A stretch of 63,875 nt of DNA, counting the filler. It is 6 parts of 6 records of this genome, joined end to end, with 100 filler letters (N's around TTAATTAATTAA, not from the genome) between each part and the next. Parts side by side here need not be neighbours in the genome. Positions count along the whole stretch, not along the records: positions 11,153 to 32,611 come from SRR31156797_9461; positions 32,712 to 41,548 come from SRR31156797_9462; positions 41,649 to 57,948 come from SRR31156797_9466; 3 more parts are not named here. One strand, written 5' to 3'. The translations under genes and the position numbers were made by a program. This document shows positions 32,071 through 43,176 of the stretch, piece after piece (positions within the stretch are counted from its first letter, which is position 1; the number at the start of each line of letters is the position of its first letter). The notes under the pieces are model-generated. The model was not told the origin of the DNA, did not search any database, and worked only from the letters and a program-made list of their open reading frames with translations.

Positions 32071-32611
32071 TTATTTGAATAAAGTTTCTACCGGCATTGC
32101 CTGACTATCAAGAAATTTAGGAAATCTTTTTTTTGCAATTTGATACAGATAAATATATAGTTTTGAAGTTTGTTTATTAAATAATAGTTTATCTATTACT
32201 CTATATTCACGTTTTTTTCTGACTAACAGTTTAACTAGAACTTTTGTAAAAAAATAATTTTTCTTACATGAAATCTTAGTATAAAACCGATATGTATTTG
32301 GATGCTTCTTTTTATAATCTTTTGCAACTAATTTAAACTTTTTTATCTCCTCCTTATTTACATTACTATAAATAATTTCACGCATCTTAGCTAACAAATA
32401 AAAAGTATCATAATGAAATTCATGGTTATAACTCACTATTCCTGCTTCTTCAGATATTTCCTTCATTTTTTCTATTTTATCAAGTGCCTTATTAGCTCTA
32501 TCAATTGAATCTTTTGGAGCATTACAAAAAATTTGATAAAACATAAGTGTAAAGTTAGTCAATGTTACATTATTCCAGAAAATATGTAATAGAGTTGGTA
32601 TTCTTACTTTA
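32071..32611 (-). CDS. Hypothetical protein, 5'-truncated by contig edge
   Basis: Open frame running to the contig end; no family recognised. Confidence 0.6.
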
Positions 32612-32711
32612 NNNNNNNNNNNNNNNNNNNNNNNNNNNNNNNNNNNNNNNNNNNNTTAATTAATTAANNNNNNNNNNNNNNNNNNNNNNNNNNNNNNNNN
32701 NNNNNNNNNNN
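32612..32711. other. Artificial contig spacer
   Basis: N44-TTAATTAATTAA-N44. Confidence 0.99.
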
Positions 32712-33734
32712 AAGCGTACGTTTCAGATAACTGGCCTCTACTGCAAAAGACAGGTCAGGATCAACTCCTTCGCCCGGCATACTGTCAATGTAAACCTCAA
32801 CATCGCTATCCTTATCGCAACCAACTATTTCGCTAATTATCAATTCATATTGAAGATCGTCAACTGTATCATCTGTATCATCATTAATTCCAAATATCTC
32901 ACTATCCTGCAGGTTAACGAGGAATCCACAATGCTCATCTGTATCAAGTGAGAATTCTATACTTTTTTTATAGCTGCCGCTTGACAAGCTCATTCTAACT
33001 GTTTTAACAATTGGAATTGTCACTTCCATAAAATCAACTTTGCCATCAGCATCGACTGTTCCCTCAGCAAGAGCATCTTCCTGAACTTCAGGAACAAAGA
33101 TCTCAACTTTAGCTCCCTCATCCAAACCCTCTGTATCCGCTGTAATATAAAGCTGGATACCGTTAACAGTTGCAGCATCATAATCATCTGCATCTACAAC
33201 ACTGGCCTCATCAAGTAGTGTAACAACGCCATTCATTCCATTCTTCAGATAACTTGGAACGATATCTATTTTCTTAACACTGAGCTTTATTGTAGTTTTA
33301 ACATTAGGGTCTTTCACCAGGAAAGCATCCAGAGTTACTTCTCCAAAAGGTATTGTCACACCAGAAAAGACTGCTGCTTTCTTTACAAATCTACCCTTAT
33401 ACTCTGCGGACTCCGAACCCGTTACTCTTATTGCCACTTCCATGTTGTCGTGGAGTTTTTCAGTTTCAAGCTTAAGCGCAATGTCTATCTGTGTTCCGGA
33501 CTTTGAGGCATCCATATCTTCACTTGAACTGATGACCTGTCCATCTTCAAGATCTTCAAATTCAATTGTGTAGTCACCATCTACGAATTCAACACATTTA
33601 TCATCTGCCCCACAATAAGACCCGTCTTTGCATTGAAGATCGGATGAACAATTCTTTTTGGAGGTACACCCTGAAAACACAAAAACAGAAAAGATCACAA
33701 TTGTGAAAAAATAACGTAAGACCCTTAAACTCAT
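32712..33734 (-). CDS. Acidic surface lipoprotein with Cys-rich N-terminus and internal repeats, 3'-truncated
   Basis: Lipobox FSGC; CSSDLQCKDGSYCGADDKC; three DxD...Q motifs (EDMDASKSGTQ, DDYDAATVNGIQ, DDTDDTVDDLQ). Confidence 0.7.
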
Positions 33735-33748
33735 ACTATCCTCCAGGA

Positions 33749-34042
33749 TTATATCTCAACTTGTTCAATAAATTCTCTTTTTAAAAACGCTTCAAAGATC
33801 TGAGTGACATGCTCTTTCCCCTCGATCTCACCGGGAAAATCCTTATCACCTTTATGGTTTGAAACGAATATTTCAGCTATTTGACTCACATCCTGCTTTC
33901 CATCAATAAGCTCCCAGACCTCACAAGCAGATTCATTTACTGTGACTATCTTATCCGTTACAGGGGACACTATAGTTAACGATCCATCTACAGTCTTTCT
34001 AAAAGCAACTTCGTCTCTGATCCTAAAGATCTTTTTGTGCAT
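33749..34042 (-). CDS. PqqD-family (RiPP recognition element-like) protein
   Basis: 97 aa; VAFRK..DG..., VNESACEVWELIDGK..VSQI. Confidence 0.8.
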   Translation of the reverse strand: MHKKIFRIRDEVAFRKTVDGSLTIVSPVTDKIVTVNESACEVWELIDGKQDVSQIAEIFVSNHKGDKDFPGEIEGKEHVTQIFEAFLKREFIEQVEI

Positions 34043-34119
34043 AGATACTCCGCCATCTAAAATTCTTTTGCTTATGATACCTTCGCGGGAAAATTATTTC
34101 AACTAAATTTTACTTTTCA

Positions 34120-34866
34120 CTAATAAATAAAGGGAAAGATCCTTTTTCTGGACTTCGGGTATTTTTCTTTGAAATTATCTTTGTACCAATTGCGGTGTCT
34201 ATGTGCTCTCGGAACTAGATTTGCCATCGTAAACACCATGAAGGCGAGTCCCGGCAACGACCAGGTCAGCACAGCATATCCAGTCCATTCCATAACTTCT
34301 CCAAGGTAGTTCGGACTGGCAACAAATCTATGCATTCCTTTCGTTGGAAGATGATAGCCCGGGCCATTTTCTTCCCTAAGCTTTCTCACCACATGATCTG
34401 AGTGGATATTGATAATCATTCCGACAAAGAAAAGAATCGTTCCAATGATAAAACGCGGATCAAAAAACCATGAAACATCATAATCGGCCACATGAAATAG
34501 AAAGTAACCATTCAAAAAACCGTTCATGCTGTTGAACATGATCGAAAAAATTATGATCATTAGAGGCATGTCCTCTTCACCCTTTATCAGAAATGGATAG
34601 ATAAATGTGCGCTGAATGTAGTGCGTCAGCCATACCGCAAGCATCACGAACGGAACCGTTGCCGCATTCCCCGTAAAAAGGAAAAATAGAGGAATGAAGA
34701 CCACAGGAGATTCCATGACCATCCAACCTATTCTCGGATTTATAGCCGGACCCCATTTTTTTCCACCATGTCGCCCGTAACCGGCTGTTATGAAGTATAG
34801 GGAAACAAACACTGCGGCAGCACTGATAAACTGTGTTGCAAGCAGAAGTTTATAAAGATCGTTCAT
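34120..34866 (-). CDS. 3-oxo-5-alpha-steroid 4-dehydrogenase (steroid 5-alpha reductase) family
   Basis: AGYGRH, WMVMESP, HYIQR, NIHSD, SPNYLGE..EW, NLVPRA..H..WY. Confidence 0.9.
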   Translation of the reverse strand: MNDLYKLLLATQFISAAAVFVSLYFITAGYGRHGGKKWGPAINPRIGWMVMESPVVFIPLFFLFTGNAATVPFVMLAVWLTHYIQRTFIYPFLIKGEEDMPLMIIIFSIMFNSMNGFLNGYFLFHVADYDVSWFFDPRFIIGTILFFVGMIINIHSDHVVRKLREENGPGYHLPTKGMHRFVASPNYLGEVMEWTGYAVLTWSLPGLAFMVFTMANLVPRAHRHRNWYKDNFKEKYPKSRKRIFPFIY

Positions 34867-34878
34867 CGTCCGGTCCTC

Positions 34879-35652
34879 CTATTTTTTCCTTGGCAGCAAC
34901 ATAGGCTTTACGTCCTTATTCTCAAACTCAAAAACCATTATTCTTTTATAAATTCCAAGAACATTTAAAGTCACCTTCGTGTACCCTTTTGTAAAGTGAA
35001 AGAAATCCCCGAAACTTTTAGCTCTATAAGTTACAAAAAGCTTGTCACAACCAAACCGCATTTTTCCGGAAGTCCCCTCATTTTTCATTATATCCAGCCC
35101 ATCGACTGAAACCCAGATATACCCCTTAAAATGCTCACCTTTCGGCTTTCTTGGGTCAACTTTTATCTTATAGGCAAGCTTTCCGAAAAGCTTCTCGACA
35201 GCAACAACTTTTCTCTTGTATTCCTTAGCTCCATTTTCATCAAAATGAGGAATCCCCGGAGCCGATTCATGTGGATCATAGTCATCAGGATCGTCCTTTT
35301 CTCCATCCACGTAATAACTGAGTGTTTTTATCTTCAGGTCCTCATACCAGTCATCCCATCTTGTGTAAACGACTTTTTCAGTTTTCACTAGCTCCATTGT
35401 CTTCGGTTTATACCATTTTACAGTCAAATGTCTGGTGCTTTTAACACCTGCATATTTCTTGTACATTTTTGAATATTTAGCCGTAATCTTTTCAACAACC
35501 TTTTTTGACATTTCATCACTGATTTTCATACCGGCGTGTATATCATCTTTCTTTTTTTCCAAATTTCGATCAGTTTTGACACTATTCTCGCCATAAACAG
35601 CAGCAAAACTAAAAATGATCAGCAAAAAACTTATGACCACTATCTTTTTCAT
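34879..35652 (-). CDS. Secreted hypothetical protein, possibly LolA/MucB-like fold
   Basis: Signal peptide from ATG 35652; YKIKVDP...GYIWVS pattern; family call weak. Confidence 0.5.
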   Translation of the reverse strand: MKKIVVISFLLIIFSFAAVYGENSVKTDRNLEKKKDDIHAGMKISDEMSKKVVEKITAKYSKMYKKYAGVKSTRHLTVKWYKPKTMELVKTEKVVYTRWDDWYEDLKIKTLSYYVDGEKDDPDDYDPHESAPGIPHFDENGAKEYKRKVVAVEKLFGKLAYKIKVDPRKPKGEHFKGYIWVSVDGLDIMKNEGTSGKMRFGCDKLFVTYRAKSFGDFFHFTKGYTKVTLNVLGIYKRIMVFEFENKDVKPMLLPRKK

Positions 35653-35853
35653 CCTCACACCTTCCAATCTTCAGTTTCCACACAGATATTTGACACCTTT
35701 CATATATCACAGGTTTCACTTTTGAACAAATATTTGAATCTTAACACTAAACATAATATTTTTATTGAGAAAAAACACGGATAGCTGTACAATGATCTTG
35801 CGACAGAATAGATTTGCTTAACGACAATTTATTGTCCTGTTTTTTAGAGTGAA

Positions 35854-38800
35854 ATGAAAAGAAACACTGTAATTTTTGACAGATTTGAACTTCAAAAAAA
35901 GCTAGGCTGGACCGCCTTTGGAGAAGTCTGGCTTGCTGAAGATAGAAAAACATCCACAAGAGTTGCTCTGAAAATGATCTCTTCGGAGCTTTTCAGCAAC
36001 TCAAAAGAGTTAAAGAAACTCAAGAACGAATTCAATCTTTTCCTTCAGGTTAAATGCCGTAACATCTCAGAATTAAAAGATCTTTTCAACACAAAAGGCA
36101 TTCTTTTCTATACCGCTGAATATGTAAAGGGAACCGAGCTAACTGAAATGAGAGGGGAATCTCTCGCCAAAGTTCTTCCTTACTTCATTGATATTACAAA
36201 ATCGCTTATAGAGCTTCATAACTACGGAATTGTACACGGAACGGTGAAGCCTTCTGACATTGTGATCAAGTCTAACAACCAGGCAAAACTTGTCGATACA
36301 GGTCTGATGTCAACATTTGAGAACAAATTTAGAGTTATAAAATCAAATTATTCCTACACTGCTCCTGAAATAATCAACCAGAAAAAATATGACTGGCGGG
36401 CGGATCTTTACTCTCTGGGAGTGATAATGTATGAAACACTTTATACAAAATTACCCTGGGAAACCCCACCTCATGTTGATGACTCTGAAACTAACATCGA
36501 AAAAAAGATCGTTTTCCCTAAACATTCACATGCTGAGATAAACGCAGTGATCACCAGGCTTCTTTCAACTGAACCTGAAAATCGTTTTAGCGACACCGGT
36601 GAACTTCTGACCGTAATGGAGCACATCTATGCCGGAACAGTGAAAAAACCTGGAAATTCATCTAAGGAATTATCCAAGATAAGTATCTTTGAACCCGACT
36701 TTATTTCCAGGAGAGCTTCTCTTTCAAAGTTACTTCAATTTCTGGATAACTTTGAGTCAACTGGAATTGATCACGCAGTAATAATTGAAAGTCCAAAAGG
36801 AGCTGGAAGAACAAGGTTTCTAAAGGAATTTCAGGACAAGATCTCCTCTAGAAATCTCAAAACCATCTTTTTTAGCGCCAACCAGACACAGAATTTGATA
36901 TCTGACCTGGCACGTAAGATCTGGGAGCTTTTGGATAGAGAATTAAGGCTCCAGCTTTCATTTAAATGGGGACCGGCGATCCTTCTATATTTTCCACAGT
37001 TCAATAAATATGGAGAATTTAAGAAAATTAAGCCTGCAAAAGATCTGCCTCATACTCACGAAGATTTCTATCGACTCTCTTCACTTCTGAGAGATTTCAT
37101 CAACATGTCCTCAAGAAACCAGCCTCTGGTTCTTATTTTAGACAACTTCAACCACATTGATAAAAGATCTCTAAGGTTGATCCAGGAGCTTTCTTCCAGT
37201 TTAGAAACTAGCAATAAGCTTTTTTCTATTGTTACTGTTGAACCGGGAAAAGACTCTAACATTGAAATCCCCGCATTCTCGAGAATATCTCTTGCTCCGT
37301 TTACTTTTTCTGAAACAAGAGCTTTTATTGAAGGCTGTCTTAACTTTCCGGCCTCAAAGATCGACAATGAGCTTTTTGTCTGGGTATACAGAAACAGTAA
37401 AGGCCTTGCTAAACACGTTCGCTCTCTACTTTTCCTCCTTATCGAAGAAAAGTTCATCGTGACTAGGGACGGACACATCTTTTTCAAAAAAAGAAAGGTT
37501 GCCGATGATGGAATTGAAAAGCTTCTCCGTTCAAAGATCACTTCTTTTTCTGAAAAGGAGAAAACCGTTCTTAAAGCATGCTCAATATACAAAAAATTTA
37601 TAACAAAAGATGCTCTTTACGCAATTTTGAAATATAAGCTTAACCCAAAGGAAATTGACCTGGCAATTGACATTCTTGAAACGAACTACCTCCTTGTCGT
37701 CTATAAAAACGGAAAAATAAATATCGTAAACCAGTTCTTTCAACCAATTATATATTCCCTTATTCCCAAAAAAGAGCGCCTAAAACTTCACAACAACATG
37801 GGCGATTACATTATTTCAACTTGGAAAGTACTCATGGGCATGAATGTAAATCATTTTGCATTTGCAGCCTATCATTACCACCACTCAGGAAAAATGGAAG
37901 TAGCCTTGAAACTTTATCTTCAATCCGTAGGCGGATTTATGGCTCACCTTAACTCAGAGCTTGCAGAATCATCAGTTGATGACGCTCTGACAATTCTTGA
38001 GTCAAAACCAAGCCTCATGAAGGGAAAAAAGCTATACGCAGTTTATCTTTTTGCAGGAAGAATGTACTTTAAATTAGGGATCTACAGAAAGGCGACTTCG
38101 CTTTTAGAAAAAAGCTATCTTATTTGGAAAGATGATACAATTCTTGAAGACCTTGTATTTTCACTTGCTGGTGATTCTGATCCGACCAAAGCCTTGAAAT
38201 TAATCTCAGGATACAATGCTGACACACCTGAAAGAAAGGCAGTAAAACACTACCTCAGAGCCTTTGTTTATCTGAATGCCGACAATAATTTCAGTAAGGC
38301 GGAGTACCATTTAAAGAGAGCATTAGGACTTATAGCAAAGGGGCATGACGACCTTTTCGGCCCTGTTCGCAGATTTACGCTCAAACAAATGCAGTTTGAC
38401 ATTGACCTTCAGGTTATCAACTCAGATTATACTGAACTTGACAATCTAAGACTGGAGCTTCTAGACAGTGCGAAAAAGATCGATTCAAAATCTTTTTTCA
38501 TTGATGCTTTAAACATCTCCTTTGATTTTTACTGGAATTTCAACCAGATGAAAAAAGCATACGAAGTTCTTCACCAAACCTTGAAACTATCACTGGAGAT
38601 CTTCGATAATTTCAGAATAGCCAGAAGTTATTTAAATCTGGCAAAATGTTCACACCGGATCGGCAGACTGAACGATGTAAGATTCTATCTGGATAAGGCA
38701 ATAGAATATGCTAGAAAAGGTTGCGGCGTAAGCATTATCAAACAGTGTTACTTCAACTATGCTGAACTTGCAATCATTAACGGCGAATTCTCTCTTGCCG

Positions 38801-40509
38801 AGAATTTCTTATACAATGCAATGGAAATATCAGAAAGAGAGCATCGCGATCCGGAACTTATCAATATTTACAGTCTTCAGACCCTTCTTTCCCTTCTTAA
38901 AAATGATCTTGGTATCGCAAGAAACACTGGAGGAAAGCTTAGACGATATGTTGAGGAGTTCAAAAGTATAAATCATCAAAAAAGCATCCTTTCAAACTCA
39001 ACGCTCCTCCTTCTTGAAGCAATAACCGGAAATGACAACAATTACTTTAACGAACTTGATAAAAAGATGCTGACTCTTTTTGAAAGCTATCCTCTATTTA
39101 AAACAACCAGCTACCTTCTTTATGTTACCTGCAAGATCATTTACTTTAAAAAGCTTTCCCGTAACGACATTGCTATGAACTATATTTATGAAGTTGAACA
39201 GGAAGGAATTGAAAGCACACATACTTTATTTCAAATGCTTTACTACTATCATGCATCACTTTTTCTTAAAGATTTTTCTCCATCTTCCGCGCTATTAAGA
39301 AAATATCTGAAAAATGGGCTTAAAATAGCTATGAAAATTCAGTCAAACCACTTTTACAGCATGTTTGACAGAGTCTCATTTCTCCTTGAGAGAGAGGATA
39401 CGGAAAGCATTCTCAGCAACGTTAAGGAAACACTTAAACAATCAAAATGCTCAATAGAAACACAAAATGCAGTTGAAAATGAACTGCAGAAACTTCACAC
39501 ATACTTTACCAACACCAAGAATCAGATAGAGCATCTTAATACAATGAACTCAAACTACTCAGCCATAATTGATATTGTAAAATCAATTGCTGGAAAAACA
39601 GAGTTCTCAAGGATCACAGACAGCGTTATAAAAAAAGTGATCGACGTACTAACACTTGAACTATGCGGGATCGTTTTTGTTGGAAATGACAACGAAGACG
39701 GAACTTACCACATTCTGGATTCTTCATATAGAGAGTATAAAACGTCTGAGTTTAGATTTAAAGCGGGAGTTGTTCCAAGAATGCTAAAGACCGGCAGAAT
39801 GGAATTCATCTCAGGAACTCCGGCCGAAACAGGTTCTGATTTCAGGTTGGTAGCAGCAGTGCCTATCGTTCTTAAAGGAAATCTTAAAGCATACATCTAT
39901 ATTGAAAGAGACAGCTCAATAGGGACTTTTTCTGAAGCACAGATCAACTTTCTAGAAACTCTTTCTGAGAACCTGGCTGTAGTATTTGACAACGTTGAGC
40001 TTGTTCAGATCGCAACGACAGACACATTGACAAAACTATATTCCAGACGTCATTTTTTCGGCATCCTTGAAAAAGAGATCGAAAAAGCTGACAGATACAA
40101 CTTTACAATTTCCATGATCATGCTCGATATCGATCACTTTAAGGACATAAACGACACCTACGGGCATCTTGCAGGGGACAACATATTAAAAGAGCTCGGC
40201 GTTCTTTTAAAAAGCACTGTAAGATCATCAGATTATGTCGGCAGATTCGGTGGAGAGGAGTTTGTTATTCTTCTTCCCGGAACAGACCTTGATGGAGCTC
40301 ACCAGACTGCTGAAAAGATCAGAAAGAACTGCATCGAAAAAGAAGTATCGGGAATATCTTTTTCTGTTAGCCTCGGAGTTGCATCATTTCACGAAGACAG
40401 GGTTAAGAACGAAAAAGATTTCATTGAAAAATGCGATATGGCAATGTATAGAGCAAAAAGTAATGGAAGAAACAATACCGTCAGATATTCAGAATTAATA
40501 GGGATCTAA
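35854..40509 (+). CDS. Multidomain diguanylate cyclase: Ser/Thr kinase-like, P-loop NTPase, TPR, GAF, GGDEF
   Basis: VALK, YTAPE, ADLYSLG; PKGAGRT and LVLILDN; TPR-like helices; AVPIV..YIYIE GAF; DIDHFK.IND.YGH..GD, RSSD, GGEEF. Confidence 0.88.
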   Translation: MKRNTVIFDRFELQKKLGWTAFGEVWLAEDRKTSTRVALKMISSELFSNSKELKKLKNEFNLFLQVKCRNISELKDLFNTKGILFYTAEYVKGTELTEMRGESLAKVLPYFIDITKSLIELHNYGIVHGTVKPSDIVIKSNNQAKLVDTGLMSTFENKFRVIKSNYSYTAPEIINQKKYDWRADLYSLGVIMYETLYTKLPWETPPHVDDSETNIEKKIVFPKHSHAEINAVITRLLSTEPENRFSDTGELLTVMEHIYAGTVKKPGNSSKELSKISIFEPDFISRRASLSKLLQFLDNFESTGIDHAVIIESPKGAGRTRFLKEFQDKISSRNLKTIFFSANQTQNLISDLARKIWELLDRELRLQLSFKWGPAILLYFPQFNKYGEFKKIKPAKDLPHTHEDFYRLSSLLRDFINMSSRNQPLVLILDNFNHIDKRSLRLIQELSSSLETSNKLFSIVTVEPGKDSNIEIPAFSRISLAPFTFSETRAFIEGCLNFPASKIDNELFVWVYRNSKGLAKHVRSLLFLLIEEKFIVTRDGHIFFKKRKVADDGIEKLLRSKITSFSEKEKTVLKACSIYKKFITKDALYAILKYKLNPKEIDLAIDILETNYLLVVYKNGKINIVNQFFQPIIYSLIPKKERLKLHNNMGDYIISTWKVLMGMNVNHFAFAAYHYHHSGKMEVALKLYLQSVGGFMAHLNSELAESSVDDALTILESKPSLMKGKKLYAVYLFAGRMYFKLGIYRKATSLLEKSYLIWKDDTILEDLVFSLAGDSDPTKALKLISGYNADTPERKAVKHYLRAFVYLNADNNFSKAEYHLKRALGLIAKGHDDLFGPVRRFTLKQMQFDIDLQVINSDYTELDNLRLELLDSAKKIDSKSFFIDALNISFDFYWNFNQMKKAYEVLHQTLKLSLEIFDNFRIARSYLNLAKCSHRIGRLNDVRFYLDKAIEYARKGCGVSIIKQCYFNYAELAIINGEFSLAENFLYNAMEISEREHRDPELINIYSLQTLLSLLKNDLGIARNTGGKLRRYVEEFKSINHQKSILSNSTLLLLEAITGNDNNYFNELDKKMLTLFESYPLFKTTSYLLYVTCKIIYFKKLSRNDIAMNYIYEVEQEGIESTHTLFQMLYYYHASLFLKDFSPSSALLRKYLKNGLKIAMKIQSNHFYSMFDRVSFLLEREDTESILSNVKETLKQSKCSIETQNAVENELQKLHTYFTNTKNQIEHLNTMNSNYSAIIDIVKSIAGKTEFSRITDSVIKKVIDVLTLELCGIVFVGNDNEDGTYHILDSSYREYKTSEFRFKAGVVPRMLKTGRMEFISGTPAETGSDFRLVAAVPIVLKGNLKAYIYIERDSSIGTFSEAQINFLETLSENLAVVFDNVELVQIATTDTLTKLYSRRHFFGILEKEIEKADRYNFTISMIMLDIDHFKDINDTYGHLAGDNILKELGVLLKSTVRSSDYVGRFGGEEFVILLPGTDLDGAHQTAEKIRKNCIEKEVSGISFSVSLGVASFHEDRVKNEKDFIEKCDMAMYRAKSNGRNNTVRYSELIGI

Positions 40510-40512
40510 AAT

Positions 40513-41548
40513 ATGGGTTTGAACATAAAGATCACAGAAGATCAGATAATAGATGGCAATACTTCAGAGATCAGAAAAGAAATAGAAAACATCAGGCAGT
40601 CTTCAAGTCTGATCAAAAAGTACGAAGCCGGAGTTTCACTTATCTTTCTTAAAAACACACCTTTTGACATGGTTAAAAAGATCAAAAAGGAAAGGTTTTC
40701 AACCTGGTTTAAGAAGCTGAACAGAGAAGTTCCGGGGCTGCCGTACTTCTTAAACACAGAAACTAACTCACTTCTCTTTTTTATAATGGGAAATGTCTCT
40801 TATCATGAAGAAGAATCCGAGATCAAGTTTGACAAGATGGAGTCTTCCAGGTTTTTAAAAGAAAAGGTTGCTCAGATCAGAAATATCTGTCTGGCTCATA
40901 ATATCAACCCACAGTCAGGAATTAACAGAGTCTCGAAAATAATGTCAGGATGTTTGGGGCAACAGGAAGAAAGCTCAAATGACACTGAAGAGAATAGTTC
41001 AGCGGTGGAAATGAAAGAACCTGAGAAAAATGATAAAAAAGGTGCTTCCATCAAAAACTTTCTTGATAAATACAACTCTATCGCATTTATCAACAGAAAC
41101 CGAATCGTGAAGCTTGCCATCGTAGTTGAAAAGATACCTGAAAAGATCTCTTTTAAGAAAAACCTTCTAGTTAAAGCCCCGACTTTCCCTCAACCCTTCT
41201 TTATTTCACAAATACAGACGGACACTGGCTTGCAAGAGATCAGATCTGTAATAATTCCGACATTAAGCGATATTGAGTCTTCGATCGCACACAACAATGG
41301 AGTTTTCATTCAGGTACTTATAAAAGCTGAGGACGGTTCATACCAGAGAGTTTTTGAATCTGATTCAGCCTTTGCTGTTGAAACAGTCTCTAGTTTTACT
41401 TCAAATAGTGAAAAAACTGGAGATGCCGAAACAGAACAAGAAAAACCTCTAGAAAAAGTTGAAAAAGAAGATTTAGACAGCAATGAAAATCCTGACCCAG
41501 GCCAAGATAAAGAAGAAATTGTCCCTGAAAAGCCAATTGAAACAAAAA
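40513..41548 (+). CDS. Hypothetical protein with CRR6 (DUF1817)-like N-terminal domain, 3'-truncated
   Basis: WFKKLNREVPGLPYFLN resembles CRR6 WFxRLDxxYPWLPxxLD, with similar spacing of YE and FLxxK. Confidence 0.5.
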
Positions 41549-41648
41549 NNNNNNNNNNNNNNNNNNNNNNNNNNNNNNNNNNNNNNNNNNNNTTAATTAA
41601 TTAANNNNNNNNNNNNNNNNNNNNNNNNNNNNNNNNNNNNNNNNNNNN
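41549..41648. other. Artificial contig spacer
   Basis: N44-TTAATTAATTAA-N44. Confidence 0.99.
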
Positions 41649-43098
41649 TTTTGCCATGGCCAATCCTGATCCGGAGATTACTTGGGAAGACGCACACGAT
41701 GCTCGTGGAGATATTGTGATGGCTACCGGACGTTCAGATTATCCAAATCAGGTAAATAATGTACTGGGTTTCCCATTTATTTTCCGTGGTGCTTTGGATG
41801 TTAGAGCATCAGATATAAATGAAGAGATGAAGCTGGCAGCAGTTTATGCATTAGCAGATTTGGCCAAGAAATCGGTTCCTGAAGAAGTGAATCAAGCTTA
41901 TGAAGTGAAAGGGTTAACTTTTGGTAAAGAATATATTATTCCTAAACCCAATGATCCCAGATTAATTACTGAAGTAGCTACGGCAGTTGCTAAAGCAGCT
42001 ATGGATTCAGGTGTGGCTAAAAAGCCAATCAAAGATTGGGATGCATATAAAGATGAGTTAAAACGTCGAGTTGGATTAGAGAATAAATTGGTTAAGCAGG
42101 TTTACGAAAGAGCTAAGCAAGATCCTAAACGTGTGGTTATTTCTCAGGCTGATAGCTACCAGGTTATTCGTGCCGCTATTATGGCCAAGGAGCAGGGAAT
42201 TGCCCAACCTATATTGGTTGGAAATACTATTAAGATCAAGGAAATTGCTAAGGAGTATCATCTTGAACTTGATGATATTCAGTTGATTGACACTGCCTGT
42301 CAGGCAGAAGAGGAGCGCCGCGAATATTTTGCCAAAGAATTATTTGCCATGCGTCAACGGAAAGGGATTAGCTACAATGCAGCATACCGTTTAATGACCA
42401 ATTGCGATTATTATGGTGCTATGATGCTTGAAACCGGGCAAGCTGATGCATTTATAACAGGGCAGAAAAATAAATATGGCGAATCACTGCAACCTGTACT
42501 AGAAGTAATTGGACCGAGAGAAGGCTTGAATCGTGTGGCAGCTATGTACATTCTTTTGACTAAAAAAGGACCACTATTCCTTGCGGATGTGGCAGTAAAC
42601 AGAGATCCATCAGCTGAAACGTTAAGTGAGATTGCAGTGTTGGCTGCTGAGGAAATTAACAAACTTGGATTTGAACCACGAATTGGTATGCTTTCATATT
42701 CTAACTTTGGATCAGTAAGGGGAGGTAGCCCTTCTAAGGTACGTGAGGCTGTTAGAATTTTACATAAAAATTATCCCGATCTGATTGTGGATGGAGAAAT
42801 GCAAGCCAATTTTGCGCTGAACCCGGAATTACTTAAGACAAGATATCCGTTTAGCAAGGTGATCGGGCACAATGTCAATACGCTGATATTCCCTAACTTA
42901 AGCGCAGGTAATATTGCGTATAAATTGATTAGTGGTGTCTCAGATGCCGAATTGATTGGGCCAATTTTATTGGGTACCAGCAAGCCGGCTCACGTATTAC
43001 AATTGGAGAGTAGCATAAATGAAATAATGCGTCTGATAAGTGTAGCAGTAGTTGACTCGCAATATTATATCAGGGGCGCAAAGCATCATATGATTTAG
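41649..43098 (+). CDS. maeB: NADP-dependent malic enzyme with PTA-like domain, 5'-truncated
   Basis: FAMANPDPEI, ATGRSDYPNQVNNVLGFPFIFRGALDVRA, SYSNFGS, VDGEMQ, LIFPNL. Confidence 0.96.
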
Positions 43099-43112
43099 TT
43101 TGAAAATGATAT

Positions 43113-43142
43113 AAAAAAACCGGAGTGAATGCTCCGGTTTTT
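43113..43142 (+). terminator. maeB terminator / left copy of 24-bp direct repeat
   Basis: A7-CCGGAG-TGAATG-CTCCGG-T5. Confidence 0.85.
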
Positions 43143-43176
43143 AAAGATTTATAGTTTTAATTGTAATTTAATAGCT

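Noticed and set aside
28994-37592. Longer antisense or nested ORFs (28994-29563, 37068-37592 and similar)
   Set aside because: Shadow frames of well-supported genes, with no RBS or recognisable motifs
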